64,000 nucleotides of DNA from Patescibacteria group bacterium (GTDB taxonomy: Bacteria; Patescibacteriota; Minisyncoccia; UBA6257; UBA9933). Made by a program: the position numbers and the translations under genes. Shown here one piece after another: positions 31,496 through 39,292 of the stretch (positions are counted from its first letter, which is position 1; each line of letters opens with the position of its first letter). The notes under the pieces are model-generated. The model was not told the origin of the DNA and searched no databases. It saw only the letters and a program-made list of their open reading frames with translations. Location: the NCBI GenBank assembly GCA_038065955.1, contig JBBTPY010000006.1, positions 7,626 to 71,625 on the forward strand. The letters run 5' to 3'.

Positions 31496-31862
31496 ATTGA
31501 GCATTAGTGACGCATTGCTTGATGCTCTTCAAGAAAATCTTGCGGCTATAATTCTAGCCGGTAGTTTTCCAGATTCATTCAAAGAAGGGTGGAGCGATGT
31601 TGATCTGTTGATTGTAGTCCATAAAATGGATCTTGATACAAAATTAAAATTAACCCATGTGATTGTAAAGCTGGAACATAACACAAAGACACACCACGGC
31701 ATAAATGTAATAACTGAAGAAGAATTTTTAACTCCAAAATCCCCAGAAACTTTACTTGAGGGTAAAACACTTCAGGCTCTTATTGACTTAAAAAAATATC
31801 CTGAAAGAGTTATTTACATTCACAAAACGATTAATCCCGAAAAGGTCTATTCTCCATGTTGA
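31467..31862 (+). CDS. Pol-beta-type nucleotidyltransferase domain protein, probably 3'-truncated
   Basis: ILAGS...SDVDLLIV; ends at junction with HNH fragment. Confidence 0.7.
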   Translation: MNGFDSNKIKLSISDALLDALQENLAAIILAGSFPDSFKEGWSDVDLLIVVHKMDLDTKLKLTHVIVKLEHNTKTHHGINVITEEEFLTPKSPETLLEGKTLQALIDLKKYPERVIYIHKTINPEKVYSPC

Positions 31863-31959
31863 CCACATAAAAGCATGGGCAAATGGTGGGGAGACTATTT
31901 TAGAAAATTTACAAACGCTTTGTTCAAAGTGTAATATTGGTAAAAGCGATTTAGAATAA
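31849..31959 (+). pseudogene. HNH endonuclease C-terminal fragment
   Basis: ILHVDHIKAWANGGETILENLQTLCSKCNIGKSDLE* with no start. Confidence 0.8.
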
Positions 31960-31961
31960 TT

Positions 31962-32285
31962 ATGGAAACTAAAAATGTAAAATTCGTTGTTTTTGTTCCT
32001 CTCTCTCACGCTGATGCTGTGCGCCATGCTCTCGGCGAGGCCGGAGCGGGTAAAATCGGAAATTATGATTTCTGCTCGTTTTCTTCTCGTGGCACAGGTC
32101 GTTTTCGTGGAAATGAAAAAGCGAATCCTGTAATTGGTAAAGCGGGGAAATATGAAGCAGTCGAGGAAGAAAAAATTGAGGCGATTGTGCCGCGAGAAAT
32201 TTTGAAAGAGGTTATTGAAAAAGTAAAAAGCGTTCATCCATACGAGGAAGTCGCTTTTGATATTTATCCGTTGGAAACAATATGA
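31962..32285 (+). CDS. YqfO/NIF3 PII-like insertion-domain protein
   Basis: KFVVFVP..HADAVR.AL..AGAGKIGNYDFCSF...HPYEEVAFDIYPL. Confidence 0.85.
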   Translation: METKNVKFVVFVPLSHADAVRHALGEAGAGKIGNYDFCSFSSRGTGRFRGNEKANPVIGKAGKYEAVEEEKIEAIVPREILKEVIEKVKSVHPYEEVAFDIYPLETI

Positions 32286-32911
32286 AAATTACAAAAAATA
32301 AAATTCAAGTACTATTAGTCCATGGTGGAATGACCTTCAAAAATGAGAAGGATTATTTACACTACTTAAAAACTAAAAAAGTAACGACAACGAAAAAAGT
32401 TTCTTGGACAGGAGGTTATTTAGAGAAAAGTTTAGGCAAAAGGTTTGAAATAATCTCGCCAAGAATGCCTTTGCAGGATTTTGCGAAGTACAGAGATTGG
32501 AAGATATTTTTTGAGAGATACTTATCACTTATCAAAAATAAATACATTTTGATTGGTTCGTCTTTAGGCGGAGTTTTCCTTGCAAAATATCTTTCCGAAA
32601 ATAAACTTCGCAAAAAGGCATTGTCGGTATATTTGGTTTGTCCACCTTTTGACAATACATTGCCAGGTGAAGATTTGGTCGGTGGCTTCACGCTCGGCAA
32701 TAATCTGTCGTTGATTGAGAAGAACTGCAAAAATCTCCATTTGTTATTTTCAAACGATGACGATGTTGTGCCCGCCGCTCATGCCGATAAATACAAGCGA
32801 AAATTGAAAAATGCCCATGTTGTGATTTACAAGAGCAAAGGCGGGCATTTCAACATCGCCAAATTTCCTGAAATAGTTAAGATGATTTTTGCAGATATTA
32901 AAAGAAACTAG
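32282..32911 (+). CDS. Alpha/beta hydrolase (YdeN/RBBP9-like)
   Basis: LVHGG, GSSLGG, DDVVP, GGHF triad. Confidence 0.85.
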   Translation: MKITKNKIQVLLVHGGMTFKNEKDYLHYLKTKKVTTTKKVSWTGGYLEKSLGKRFEIISPRMPLQDFAKYRDWKIFFERYLSLIKNKYILIGSSLGGVFLAKYLSENKLRKKALSVYLVCPPFDNTLPGEDLVGGFTLGNNLSLIEKNCKNLHLLFSNDDDVVPAAHADKYKRKLKNAHVVIYKSKGGHFNIAKFPEIVKMIFADIKRN

Positions 32912-33087
32912 CCGCCAATTTTTTCAAAAAAGAAAGCCGAAGCCCGTGCGGATTCCTCCCCAAACCCCTCCTCCGCGCGGGCGAGTCCGAATTCCGCACC
33001 CCGCCACCATTCCCCCAGAAAAATGAGGCGGGGTGCGGTCAGAGTTTCTTCTCGAAAAAAGTTCGAGCAAATGCTAAAATAACACCA
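32909..33087. repeat. Recombinase-tail structured element, copy A1
   Basis: Starts TAGCCGCC; stems GCCCGTGCGGA/TCCGCGCGGGC and CCGCACCCCGCC/GGCGGGGTGCGG; ends ACACCA. Confidence 0.8.
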
Positions 33088-34591
33088 CATTAGACGATTT
33101 CTTTCGCCCTCGCCCCTCGCTTCGCTCGGGGCTCGGGCTTCGGCGGGCAGAAAATAAAGGTAATTCCACGGCTTTTTGAAGTCAACAAAAAGCCGTTGGT
33201 CAAAAATTCGGCGGTTCGAGCCGATTTTTTTGAGAAAATTTTTCATCTCTGAAAAATTATCCTCCAAAGCGAAATTTTTGGCTTGGTTGGCTTCAATTAT
33301 CCAGTTCCGGACGAGTTCGAGCCAATGATTGCCTTTTCGCTCAAAATCGCTTTTTTTCCTCAATATCTTTTTTCCCCGACATCAGATCGTTTTTCTTTGG
33401 CTGAAACTCCGGCAGTTCTAAATCGCCTTCAAGGTAAGCGTCCATCAGGCGATTTATTTTTGTCTTAATTTTTTCTAATTCTGTTTTAAGATTTTGAGCG
33501 AAAAGGTCAGATGAGTGGCGGGATTCTTTATTCTCATTTTCCAGTTTTGTCAAAAACTTTTCCCGCCACTCATCGGGCAAAGAAACTTTTTGACAAAGAT
33601 TTTTCACTTGTTCAGTTAAAACTTCTTCCCGCAAAAAGCGATTTTCAGTACACGAAATAGTTTTGCTCTTGTGGGTGCAACGATAATAAATAAATTTCAA
33701 ACCACTTTTCTTGATGTGTCGCTCGGCGGTTATGGCATATCCACATACCCCACAAGTAGCAAAACCTAAAAACTGAAAATTCTTTGGTCCTCGCTTTTTG
33801 CGGGGCTTCCCATTCTGAACAAGTGCATTTTGAATTTGGTCAAAAAGTTTCTTTGCAATCATTGGCTTATGCGAACCTTGATGCACCTCGCCACGATATT
33901 GAAAGTGTCCGTAGTAAAAAGGATTTTTCAAAATATGTTCAATACTGGCGAGGTGCAAAGGTTTACCTGTTTTGCCAACCAAGCCAAGAGAAAACATTTT
34001 GCGTTGAATAGCCGTGAGTGTGTATTGCCCCGAAGCAAAAGCCCCTAACGCTTCTTTTACTTTGCCAAAAGTTTTTCTATCCGGCTCAATCGTCCGCAAA
34101 CGAGGTTCGTTGAAATATCCTAAAGGGGCTTTTGCGGAAAGTTCACCACGGCGTATTTTTTGGCGAATACCACGCAAAATGTTTTCTCTTAAATTGTCGG
34201 TGTAATACTTTGCTTGTCCGAAGGCGACACTCAACATAAATTTTCCTTGCGGTGTCGCCTCGAACCAGAAAGTAGGGAATTTTAGCGCAACAATCTTTTG
34301 CGTATCCACCAAATAAATTACTCTGCCACCGTCTATGCTATTTCTCGCTAAACGGTCTGGATTCCACGCTAAAATTCCCTGTGCAGTGCCTTTTTCAATT
34401 TCGCCAAGCATTTCGTTGAAAACTACTCTACCCGGCTCTTTGGCGGTCTTGCTCTCGTAAAATTCTTTTTCAACGAAAAGATTATTTTGCTTGGCGAATT
34501 CCCGAAGCTCCGTCAATTGTGCCTCAATACTTAAAACTTGGCGTTCTTCGTCTTCACTTGATTTTCTACAATAGATAAAATATTTGATCAT
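33039..34591 (-). pseudogene. Large serine recombinase with two apparent frameshifts
   Basis: YCRKSSED catalytic Ser, DRLARN, recombinase domain, Zn ribbon, coiled coil; continues in another frame after A7 run (33351-33357) and again near 33076-33079 to LAFARTFFEKKL*. Confidence 0.88.
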
Positions 34592-34689
34592 AGCTTCGGG
34601 AATTAAATTGATAAAGGCATTGCACTTACACCGACAATTTCTAAAAATCTCTCCTCATCGGCTCTTGCGCCTTTGGCGCAATCCAAACT

Positions 34690-34872
34690 TTGTTTGGGAA
34701 CCGCCGACTTTCGGCGGGAATTCTTTTGGCGGAATTCAAAACCCCCTGGAATTTCTTGGCGGAAACCAATGCCGAGGGGCGAAGCCCCGAGGCAACTTCT
34801 TCGGCAAATCAAATTTGGTGGTGTTTGTTTAAAAAAGTCAGAACCCATTTTGCAGAAAATCCCAACGAATGA
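34690..34872 (+). pseudogene. C-terminal remnant of a second large serine recombinase
   Basis: GNRRL...FKTPWNFL...WWCLFKKVRTHFAENPNE aligns with SNRRI...FKKPWNYL...MWCYLAFARTFF of the main LSR. Confidence 0.75.
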
Positions 34873-35021
34873 AACGGAAACAATGCGGACTCGGCAGGGC
34901 AAACTATTTTTCTGGGGTTTTGGATTTGCCCTGCCTCGGCTGATTTCCCGCCCGCAGGAGGGGTCTGGGGAGGAATGCGGGCGGGTTTCGGACTGGGGGT
35001 TTTCGGAAATTCGGCGGCTAT
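34819..35021. repeat. Recombinase-tail structured element, copy A2 (inverted relative to A1/A3)
   Basis: Reverse complement of 34928-35021 is identical to 36675-36768 (94 bp); homology extends to TGGTGT at 34819. Confidence 0.92.
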
Positions 35022-35101
35022 AAAATAATTGAATAATTCTCTCATATTTGTTATTATAATACTGTCAGTTAAAACAAGCAACAGTATTATGTTATCAATA
35101 T

Positions 35102-35305
35102 ATGGAAACTAATTTATTAGGACAGAAAATAAAGAAGCTACGGACAAAACTTGGTCTTTCTCAAGACGATTTTGCTCGCAAGGCGGATGTTCCCTACACA
35201 ACGCTTACAAAGGTCGAAACAGGCGTTATAAAAAAACCTTCGGTTTTTATGGTGAGCAAAATCGCTAAAGCGCTTGATGTTAATATTGAAGAATTAATAA
35301 AATAA
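35102..35305 (+). CDS. XRE-family HTH regulator
   Basis: IKKLRTKLGLSQDDFARKADVPYTTLTKVETG. Confidence 0.9.
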   Translation: METNLLGQKIKKLRTKLGLSQDDFARKADVPYTTLTKVETGVIKKPSVFMVSKIAKALDVNIEELIK

Positions 35306-35310
35306 ATATT

Positions 35311-35697
35311 ATGAAAACAGTAGTACTTTGCGGCAGTCGCCGTTTCAAACCGGAAATGAGAGAATTTGGCAAAAAGCTAAAAGAGCTTGGTGTCGTTGTG
35401 TTTGAACCTTATTTACATTCCGGTCAAGACGAATGGGCGAAACTGTCGGACGACTATAAAAAATTTGTTGCTCTCGGACTAACCCATGATCATTTTTACA
35501 AAATACAAATAGCTGATGTGGTTTTTATTTTTAATAAAGACGGTTACACTGGGAATAGTACGACTTTGGAAATCGGTTATGCGGTAGCGACAGGAAAACC
35601 AATTTATGCGTTAACAAGTGACGAAGAATTATGCCGCCATGTTTTATTTAGAGAGATAATTTCTTCACCCAAAGAACTTGTTAAAAAATTGAAATAA
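35311..35697 (+). CDS. Nucleoside 2-deoxyribosyltransferase-like protein
   Basis: VLCGSRRF, KIQIADVVFIFN, GNSTTLEIGYA.A.GKPIY. Confidence 0.7.
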   Translation: MKTVVLCGSRRFKPEMREFGKKLKELGVVVFEPYLHSGQDEWAKLSDDYKKFVALGLTHDHFYKIQIADVVFIFNKDGYTGNSTTLEIGYAVATGKPIYALTSDEELCRHVLFREIISSPKELVKKLK

Positions 35698-35700
35698 ATT

Positions 35701-36678
35701 ATGAAATACACAGATAGAGTATATGGAAATTTTGAAATTACAGAACCAGTAATTTTGGAATTGATAAATTCCTCAACTTTTCAAAGATTAAAGGAAATAG
35801 ATCAAGCTGGATATTTCGAACCACATTTCCCAGGCACTGCACATTCGCGTTTTGAACATTCAATCGGTGACTATTTACTTTTGAAAATGTATGAGGCACC
35901 AATTGAAGAACAAATTGCTGGTCTTATTCATGATGTTTCTCACTCGGCATTTTCTCATTGTATAGATTATGTCTTAGATGCTGGCTCTGAAAAAGAACAT
36001 AATCATCAAGATAATGTTTTTGATGATTATGTTAGAAAATCAGAAATACCAGAAATTCTTAAAAAATATAATCTCGATTTGGATTATATCCTTGACGATA
36101 AAAATTTTCCTCTTAAAGAAAACGATTTGCCAGATTTATGTTCAGATAGAATAGATTATTCATTAAGAACAGCTACTGTTTTTAAGGAAATAGAAAACGG
36201 AAAATTTTTTATTTATAATCTCACAGCAAAAGACGGAAGGTGGATTTTTAAAGATTTTGAAAGTGCAAAAAAATATGCAGACTTATTTTTGAAACTCAAC
36301 ACTAACTATTATGCGGGATTACCTTCCGCTGTTATGTTCCGAACGGTTGGAGATTATTTGCGATATGCACTTTCAAAAGAATATATTTCTGAAACCGATT
36401 TATACACAACTGATAAAATTGTTCTTTCAAAAATAGAATTTCATATCACCGACGACTCAAAATTGAAATTGCTTTTTGAAAGAATGAATAATAAAATCGG
36501 TTTCAGAAATGACCCAGTTAATTATGACGGAAAAGTATTTTGTAAATCACGAGTGGTTGATCCTCTTTGTTGGCATAATGGGGAAATAAAAAGAGTTTCA
36601 GAAATAGAGCCGAGTTGGTCTGATATAATTACGCGGGAATCAAAACCAAAAGAATATTTTTTAAAATTTGATAGATAG
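35701..36678 (+). CDS. HD-domain phosphohydrolase (SAMHD1/dNTPase-like)
   Basis: DRVYG, FQRLKEIDQAG, HSRFEHSIG, LIHDVSHSAFSH, DRIDY. Confidence 0.88.
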   Translation: MKYTDRVYGNFEITEPVILELINSSTFQRLKEIDQAGYFEPHFPGTAHSRFEHSIGDYLLLKMYEAPIEEQIAGLIHDVSHSAFSHCIDYVLDAGSEKEHNHQDNVFDDYVRKSEIPEILKKYNLDLDYILDDKNFPLKENDLPDLCSDRIDYSLRTATVFKEIENGKFFIYNLTAKDGRWIFKDFESAKKYADLFLKLNTNYYAGLPSAVMFRTVGDYLRYALSKEYISETDLYTTDKIVLSKIEFHITDDSKLKLLFERMNNKIGFRNDPVNYDGKVFCKSRVVDPLCWHNGEIKRVSEIEPSWSDIITRESKPKEYFLKFDR

Positions 36679-36866
36679 CCGCCGAATTTCCGAAAACCCC
36701 CAGTCCGAAACCCGCCCGCATTCCTCCCCAGACCCCTCCTGCGGGCGGGAAATCAGCCGAGGCAGGGCGAATCCATATCCCCAGTCAAATGTTTCGCCCT
36801 GCCGAGTCCGCATTAGTTTTCAGGGTTCTCCGCAAAATGGGTTCTAACTTTTTCCAACAAACACCA
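36675..36866. repeat. Recombinase-tail structured element, copy A3
   Basis: Inverted repeat of A2; minus strand encodes WCLLEKVRTHFAENPEN* (36866-36813). Confidence 0.92.
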
Positions 36867-36888
36867 AAATCAAGCCCCTTGATTTTGG
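36864..36888. repeat. Short perfect palindrome at cassette junction
   Basis: CCAAAATCAAG-CCC-CTTGATTTTGG. Confidence 0.8.
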
Positions 36889-36924
36889 GATATTCTAAAC
36901 TTTGCGCGAAATCATTTTGAGGGA

Positions 36925-36989
36925 AACTAGCCCGCCTCCGCTTCGCTCCGGCGGAACGCTCGGGCATTTCGGCGAAAAATTTTTGCGAC
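36925..36989. repeat. Element B1 (inverted copy of 39044-39108)
   Basis: Reverse complement matches 39044-39108 at 58/65 positions. Confidence 0.85.
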
Positions 36990-37069
36990 TGACAAAATAG
37001 GTATTACTTCTATCTTATCATAATATCTAAACTTTGGATATTGATTTCTTGGATATATCTTGTTAATAT

Positions 37070-37291
37070 ATGGTTAAGTCAATCCAAACAAAGGAATATG
37101 CCTATTTTATTGAGCGGTTACGGAAGGCTCGACTAAGGGCTGGTCTGACACAGGCGCAGGTCGCGAAAAAGATAGGTCGCCCCCAATCGCATATATCAAA
37201 TGTTGAATCTGGACAGCAAATGGTTGATGTAGTCGAGCTTCAACGATTTGCAAAGATATACGGAAAAGATATTAACTTTTTCCTAAAATGA
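37070..37291 (+). CDS. XRE-family HTH regulator
   Basis: LRKARLRAGLTQAQVAKKIGRPQSHISNVESG; upstream ATATCTAAA-C-TTTGGATAT palindrome. Confidence 0.9.
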   Translation: MVKSIQTKEYAYFIERLRKARLRAGLTQAQVAKKIGRPQSHISNVESGQQMVDVVELQRFAKIYGKDINFFLK

Positions 37292-37620
37292 AATCTGCCA
37301 AACTTATTTCAGTTTTACTTTCCTTTGTGATTATTGTTAGTGTATTCGGTGTTTTTGCTGCTCCCAACACAACAGAGGCGTTTGTCCAAAAATATGAATA
37401 TTCAGAATATGATCCGCCTGGTGTTTTCTCTGGAGTTTGGCATGGACTTCTTGCGCCATACTCGCTTGTTGCCCGTTGGTTTATGGACGACGGAGCGATG
37501 TACGCAGTACCGAATACTGGTTGGTTTTATGACGCAGGATTTTTGATTGGTATAGTCGGCTCGATTCCTATTGGTTGGGCTGCTGCTATAATTTCCACAA
37601 TTGGACATATCTTGTCTTAA
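37288..37620 (+). CDS. Small membrane protein
   Basis: Signal/TM; GVFSGVWHG, YAVPNTGWFYDAGFLIG. Confidence 0.75.
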   Translation: MKSAKLISVLLSFVIIVSVFGVFAAPNTTEAFVQKYEYSEYDPPGVFSGVWHGLLAPYSLVARWFMDDGAMYAVPNTGWFYDAGFLIGIVGSIPIGWAAAIISTIGHILS

Positions 37621-37632
37621 TTTCTAAAACTT

Positions 37633-38115
37633 ATGAAAATTAAACTTATAATTGGAATTCTCGTCGTGCTGGTTTTAATCTTTGGTTGGATAGCTTTTTC
37701 TCCAGCTACTCAAGAATCGTCAGTCAAGAAAGCACATTTTGCTACAAAATTATCAGCATCAGGAAGTATCACCTGTACTTATCCTCAAATACTGCATGCC
37801 AGCTATCAATCCGGAGAAATAACGCATGAATTACCGAAGCCGGAGACAAACCCTATCATAATGACTTTTAGCGATATTGATTCTGAAGTTGCAAAAGTTA
37901 AGTTCATTGATGCAACGCAATCCATTTCAGAAGTTCCACTCGTGAAAGTTATTGATACAGTAGAAAAGTTGATGTTCCTCGAAGGAAACGGTGAGCCCTA
38001 TATAACTGTTCATACAATTTATAAGGAAGATGGCGTTGCAACCTATGAAAAATCAATGTCGCTATTAGGTATCCCAGTAGGTACGGTGGGAATGGGTAGT
38101 TGTGTCGATTATTGA
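37633..38115 (+). CDS. Membrane-anchored/secreted hypothetical protein
   Basis: N-terminal TM, beta-rich body with terminal Cys pair. Confidence 0.7.
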   Translation: MKIKLIIGILVVLVLIFGWIAFSPATQESSVKKAHFATKLSASGSITCTYPQILHASYQSGEITHELPKPETNPIIMTFSDIDSEVAKVKFIDATQSISEVPLVKVIDTVEKLMFLEGNGEPYITVHTIYKEDGVATYEKSMSLLGIPVGTVGMGSCVDY

Positions 38116-38180
38116 AGGATAAACCCACTACGTAGCTTTAACTTGTTCTTCATCGTCATATTTAGTATTATATAAGTGAT

Positions 38181-38672
38181 ATGTCCTTACACCGAAAAAA
38201 GTACCAAAATGCTGTTTTGTACTTATGCCGGAAGCTAAAAGGCGAGGTACGCGGCAAGAAAAAATTAGCGAAATTGCTTTATTTCGCGGATTTTGATTTG
38301 TACGAAAAAAGTCAGAAATCAATAACTGGCGATGTTTACTGTGCGCTCCCAATGGGGCCGGTTCCGGCAGCTTTGGAAGAAATCACAGCTGAAATGACAA
38401 AAAAGAAAATGCTTGGCGTTGAGCACATCGAAGAACGAGAGGGATACAATCCTACTGAAGTATATAAGTGTCTCATCGAACCCGATCTTTCTGTTTTTGA
38501 TGACGAAGAAAAGAAAATGCTCGATCGGATTGTTGTCAAATATGGTCATCTCAATGGCAAACAATTAGAAGAATTATCTCACGCCGAAGCACCATACATC
38601 GGTACGGAGTTACGAAAAGAAATTCCATACGAACTGGCTTTTTATCGTGGTACAGATTTTAGTGAAATATGA
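38181..38672 (+). CDS. Panacea (DUF4065) antitoxin
   Basis: KLAKLLYFADF, ITGDVY..LPMGPVP, LEELSHAEAPY. Confidence 0.85.
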   Translation: MSLHRKKYQNAVLYLCRKLKGEVRGKKKLAKLLYFADFDLYEKSQKSITGDVYCALPMGPVPAALEEITAEMTKKKMLGVEHIEEREGYNPTEVYKCLIEPDLSVFDDEEKKMLDRIVVKYGHLNGKQLEELSHAEAPYIGTELRKEIPYELAFYRGTDFSEI

Positions 38673-39040
38673 TTCAGTTTCTGTACCACGACGGCATTCA
38701 GAAAGAAATCGCCGCCCTTGATGAGCGGCGATTTCGTACTATACGCAGTGGTCTGTCTGCATTTGAGAGACTGTGTGAGGTGCAATTTAATCCGACAAAT
38801 CCGCGACAAATCATTGCGCCGGCTAAAATACACCGCATTACGCAGAATGATATTTGGACACTCTGGAAAACTGAACTCGTTGTACCTAATTCGGGTTTAC
38901 GCCCAAATCAATGGCCGCGAATGTGGTTTGTGGTGAAGGGCGCAATTATTGCTTTTTTGTGCATATCCTCTCATGTTGATAATTACAACGATGAGGATAT
39001 GAATCGTTTAGCTTTGTCGCGGGTGTCGGATTTCTTCTGA
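38669..39040 (+). CDS. Putative toxin (RelE-like fold)
   Basis: ATGA overlap with Panacea gene; size and pattern LWK..L....LR....PRMWF. Confidence 0.65.
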   Translation: MIQFLYHDGIQKEIAALDERRFRTIRSGLSAFERLCEVQFNPTNPRQIIAPAKIHRITQNDIWTLWKTELVVPNSGLRPNQWPRMWFVVKGAIIAFLCISSHVDNYNDEDMNRLALSRVSDFF

Positions 39041-39043
39041 AAT

Positions 39044-39291
39044 GTCGCAAAAATTTTTCACCGAAATGCCCGAGCGTTCTGCTAGAGCGAAGTGGAGGCG
39101 GTTTAGTTCCTTTTTTGAATTTTTTAGGAGGCGCGCAAAAGAAAATTGTAAGGGAAAATTTCTGCGAGGTTGTCGCCTGAGCGAAGCGGGAGCGTACGAT
39201 TTAGTCTCGCTTCACCACGCGCTCCGCGCGCGGCACATCAGTCGGGGTTCTACTGGAAGTAAGTCCGAATTTTTTGGTATAATGATTACCA
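39044..39291. repeat. Element B2 ending in a degenerate recombinase tail at the island/uppS junction
   Basis: Starts GTCGCAAAAATTTTT 3 nt after toxin stop; minus strand 39291-39238 reads W*SLYQKIRTYFQ*NPD*. Confidence 0.8.
39275..39283 (+). promoter_or_regulatory. Extended -10 promoter for uppS inside element B2
   Basis: TGGTATAAT 9 nt upstream of ATG. Confidence 0.6.
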
Positions 39292-39292
39292 T

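Larger units (their letters stand above)
15456..39291. mobile_element. Composite accessory/defence island between tRNA-Ala and uppS
   Basis: R-M, TA pairs, serine recombinase and remnants, gene fragments; bounded by a tRNA 3' end and by a recombinase-tail element at the uppS start. Confidence 0.8.

Noticed and set aside
33345-33360. A_AAA_AAG slippery heptamer in the LSR as a programmed -1 frameshift
   Set aside because: The homologous continuation (SDFERKGNHW) is in the +1 frame; the -1 frame soon hits a stop
32908-33363. 151-aa minus-strand ORF as an independent gene
   Set aside because: It is the frameshifted LSR C-terminus plus read-through into structured element A1
34584-35081. Several overlapping ORFs here, and similar ones at 36785-36967 and 39042-39296
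   Set aside because: They are translations of GC-rich repeat elements; only the LSR-tail frame shows protein homology
36839-36866. GGTTCTAAC...CACCA as a tRNA 3' fragment
   Set aside because: Spacing from the T-loop to CCA is 2 nt too long and there is no T-stem; it is better explained as the LSR tail
34819-36866. DGR template/variable repeat pair or IS terminal repeats
   Set aside because: No reverse transcriptase or transposase; mismatches are not adenine-specific; the repeats are inverted and best conserved internally
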